32,000 bases of DNA from Paramicrosporidium saccamoebae KSL3. Lineage: Eukaryota; Fungi; Cryptomycota. Below, in pieces: positions 29,533 to 32,000 of the stretch. Position 1 is the stretch's first letter. Each line of letters opens with the position of its first letter. Under the pieces are notes generated by a model that saw only the letters and a list, made by a program, of their open reading frames with translations, ran no database searches and was not told the origin of the DNA. The stretch is from NCBI GenBank assembly GCA_002794465.1, contig MTSL01000174.1, positions 1 through 32,000 of the forward strand, in the 5' to 3' direction. The translations under genes were made by a program, and so were the position numbers.

Positions 29533-31444
29533 ATGGAGGGACAGTTGCGATTTGCACCATTCACAAGTGCCATTTCAGTGTCGTTTTGGACCTCGCTAGC
29601 AAGGAAAAAAATTAACGAATGGAAGTTGGATGATGGTGACTTGGCTATCTGGGGATACTACGAGGCTGGAGTACAGAACCGTTCGCCCCGTTTACACATT
29701 ACGGAAGAGTGTCTGGAAGGAGGACAGCTCAGTAGTTCCAAGTACATAGAACCCTGTGCTTATGTGTAGTCTGAGCGTGAGGATGAATGGAACGCTGAGA
29801 TTGTACAACACACTGGAAGATTTCAAAGACGTCGACAAGGCCCAAATAATGGCCAATGTCAAGACGCAAGTAACGGCCAATGCCCAAATCACGACCGATA
29901 GCGCACAGTCCCTCCTGGGGTTTGTGATGATTGCATTTGCAGACTTGAAAAAACACAAATACTACTACCACATTCTATATCCCGCCCTCTTTGATCCGCA
30001 TGCAGTTGCTACCTGCATTCGGGAGACAATACCGGGAAATGTCGATTTAAAGCAGATTCGGAGAACGGCAATGGAAAACCGTCGGCCATGGTTCCGTATG
30101 ACCACTGAAGAGTATTCAATGTTGGTATTTGTGGATCCAGGACCTCTTCTGGAGGGAGTGTTGGGATGGCCGGCACGGAACATGATTTGGACGGAATGTC
30201 GGGACAAAACCAAGGTGCTCTGTCTGGCCCAAACCTTGAATGACACTAAGATGTTTTCTATTCAACAGAAATGCGCAAGTGATTCTCCCCAGGTGACGGG
30301 ATGGGAAAAGAACGAAACAGGTGCAGTGGCTCCCACAATAGTGGATCTGGCACCGCTCATGGATCCGCGACGATTGGCCCAAGAGGCAGCAGATCTTAAC
30401 ATCCGTTTGATCAAATGGCGTCTGCTCCCCGACCTAGATATTGACCGATTCAAAACGGCCAAAGTGCTGTTGTTTGGGGCTGGGACGTTGGGATGTAATG
30501 TCACGCGTCTGCTATTGGGCTGGGGAGTCCAGAACATTACGTTGGTGGACAATGGCCGCGTTTCCTTTTCCAATCCGCCACGCCAATCGCTCTTCCGCTT
30601 CGAGGATTGTGTAAATGGTGGGCGTCCCAAGGCAGAGACGGCGGCTCTGCGTGCCCTTGAAATTGATCCAAATGCAAAGGTGGTGGGTATTTCCACACAT
30701 ATTCCAATGCCCGGACATGTGATCACTGATAAGGCGACAACTCGGAAGGACGTGGAAAAGATTATGAAATTGGTGGATGAACACGACATTCTCTTTCTCC
30801 TGACAGATTCGCGAGAGAGTCGATGGCTTCCGGCGGTCCTCGGCTCAGCTGCCAACAAGACGGTCATTACCATTGCCCTCGGTTTTGATTCATATGTGGC
30901 CATGCGACACGGCTCCGGGGGTACTAAAGAACGATTGGGCTGCTACTTTTGTCACGACATTAATGCGCCAGGGGACTCGATGAAGAATCGCACGCTTGAT
31001 CAGCAATGCACCGTCACTCGTCCGGGTATCTCGTATCTGGCGGCAGCAACCGGGGTGGAATTACTAGCGGCGATCCTGCAACATCCTCTAGGCAATGCGG
31101 CTCCAGCTACCATGACCCCCAATGCCACTGATGCACTTTCTGCCGATACATCATTGCTGGGGGTGATACCGCATCAAGTGCGGGGTTATCTGTCCCATTT
31201 CCAAAACATGCAGCTGATTGGAGAGGCATTTCAATATTGCACCGCCTGTTCGTCATCCATCCAACAAGCCATCCACACCGATGGATGTGATTTCCTTATG
31301 AAGGCTCTCGAAGATCCCTCCACTGCTGCTCTCATTAGTGGTGCCTCCTCCCTCCAAATAGATCCCATCGAAGCAGATCCGATTGACAACGAAAACGACA
31401 TCAATAACGAGAGTGATAATGGGAATGAGTTTTGTCTACTCTAA
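29533..31444 (+). CDS. ATG7: Autophagy E1-like enzyme Atg7, about 627 aa, intron 29742..29769
   Basis: FAPFTSAISVSFWTSLARKK, DLNIRLIKWRLLP, GAGTLGC, SFSNPPRQSLF and the catalytic Cys in RTLDQQCTVTRPG. Confidence 0.97.
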
Positions 31445-31615
31445 GCCATGTGTGAAAGATGAGAGGAGAGTGTATTCAAGAGTATCTGTGATTCAAAGTA
31501 TGCAAGTAAGAGTGTATTTAATAATATATCCAAGTGTACATTTGTAGACTTGTTAAACGAATCATGATAAGCGAAATCACGAAAGTCGAGTAACATTTAC
31601 CCCACTTCATCCCCC

Positions 31616-31644
31616 CCACTCCACTCCACTCCACTCCACTCCAC
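31616..31644. repeat. (CCACT)n microsatellite within a C-rich tract
   Basis: ccact is repeated about 6 times, flanked by C-runs, between convergent genes. Confidence 0.85.
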
Positions 31645-31695
31645 CCAACTCAACCCCACCCATATCTAATATACTGATTTTTATCAACAATTTTA

Positions 31696-32000
31696 TCAGC
31701 GTCCACATCCAAACGACGTAGGTGAGGTCGTTGAATTACGGATGTAGGCATCTCGACAGCGGGCTGAGCACAATTCCACTACAAAAGGCACGGCCGGTTC
31801 GTCGGTGGTTTCCCGAAGATCGAGGAATCGTACGGGCGTCCGAAGATATACTCCCTGACACAACGTACATATCCGACCCGTCGTGCCTTCCCATAGCTCC
31901 ATGGCGTGCACCCGCAAATGTGGCGTCAATTGTTTAAAACTCGTTCGTCGCTCCCCTGGAAGACTTTGTCGTGCCAACAATTCCAAAGTGGCCGTGTGTA
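31696..32000 (-). CDS. C-terminal part of a gene extending beyond the window; Cys-rich tail resembling the LRRC58/LRRC28 family
   Basis: Frame is open to the window edge: ..TATLELLARQSL...ICTLCQGVYL..PVRF..VPFVVELCSARC. This parallels my recollection of the LRRC58 tail (SLLELAxR...CxxxxCxGVY...PL..YLCSxxC). Confidence 0.5.
   Translation of the reverse strand, partial: HTATLELLARQSLPGERRTSFKQLTPHLRVHAMELWEGTTGRICTLCQGVYLRTPVRFLDLRETTDEPAVPFVVELCSARCRDAYIRNSTTSPTSFGCGR

Overview
Very compact eukaryotic genomic window with about 22 protein-coding genes, one intron-containing tRNA gene and short intergenic spacers. I could place 13 well-supported and 2 tentative GT-AG introns, all 28-35 nt long. 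The gene set is fungus-like (yeast-type ArgRS, CNS1, PNS1/CTL) but keeps genes absent from budding yeast (B12-dependent methylmalonyl-CoA mutase, C2CD5, an LRRC58-like C-terminus). By inference this fits an early-diverging fungal relative, Rozellomycota such as Paramicrosporidium; the taxon is not verified. Recognised genes: PRP22 (3' end), RAD51, tRNA-Ile(UAU), EXO84, capping protein beta, ArgRS, two tandem CTL/PNS1 paralogues, C2CD5, RPA34, NDK, MUT, LARP1, COG8, a PH-ArfGAP-ANK protein, CNS1 and ATG7. There are also several orphans, including three adjacent small signal-peptide proteins. I found no transposon, CRISPR array or prokaryote-type system. Best leads: (1) an AUG-less, Arg-rich in-frame extension upstream of ArgRS next to two Gcn4/AP-1 sites, a candidate non-AUG mitochondrial isoform; (2) diverged 'echo' duplications of the stop-codon/3'UTR junction at three genes; (3) a uniform ultra-short intron population including stop-free 3n introns; (4) an intact cobalamin-dependent mutase; (5) a candidate effector cluster.
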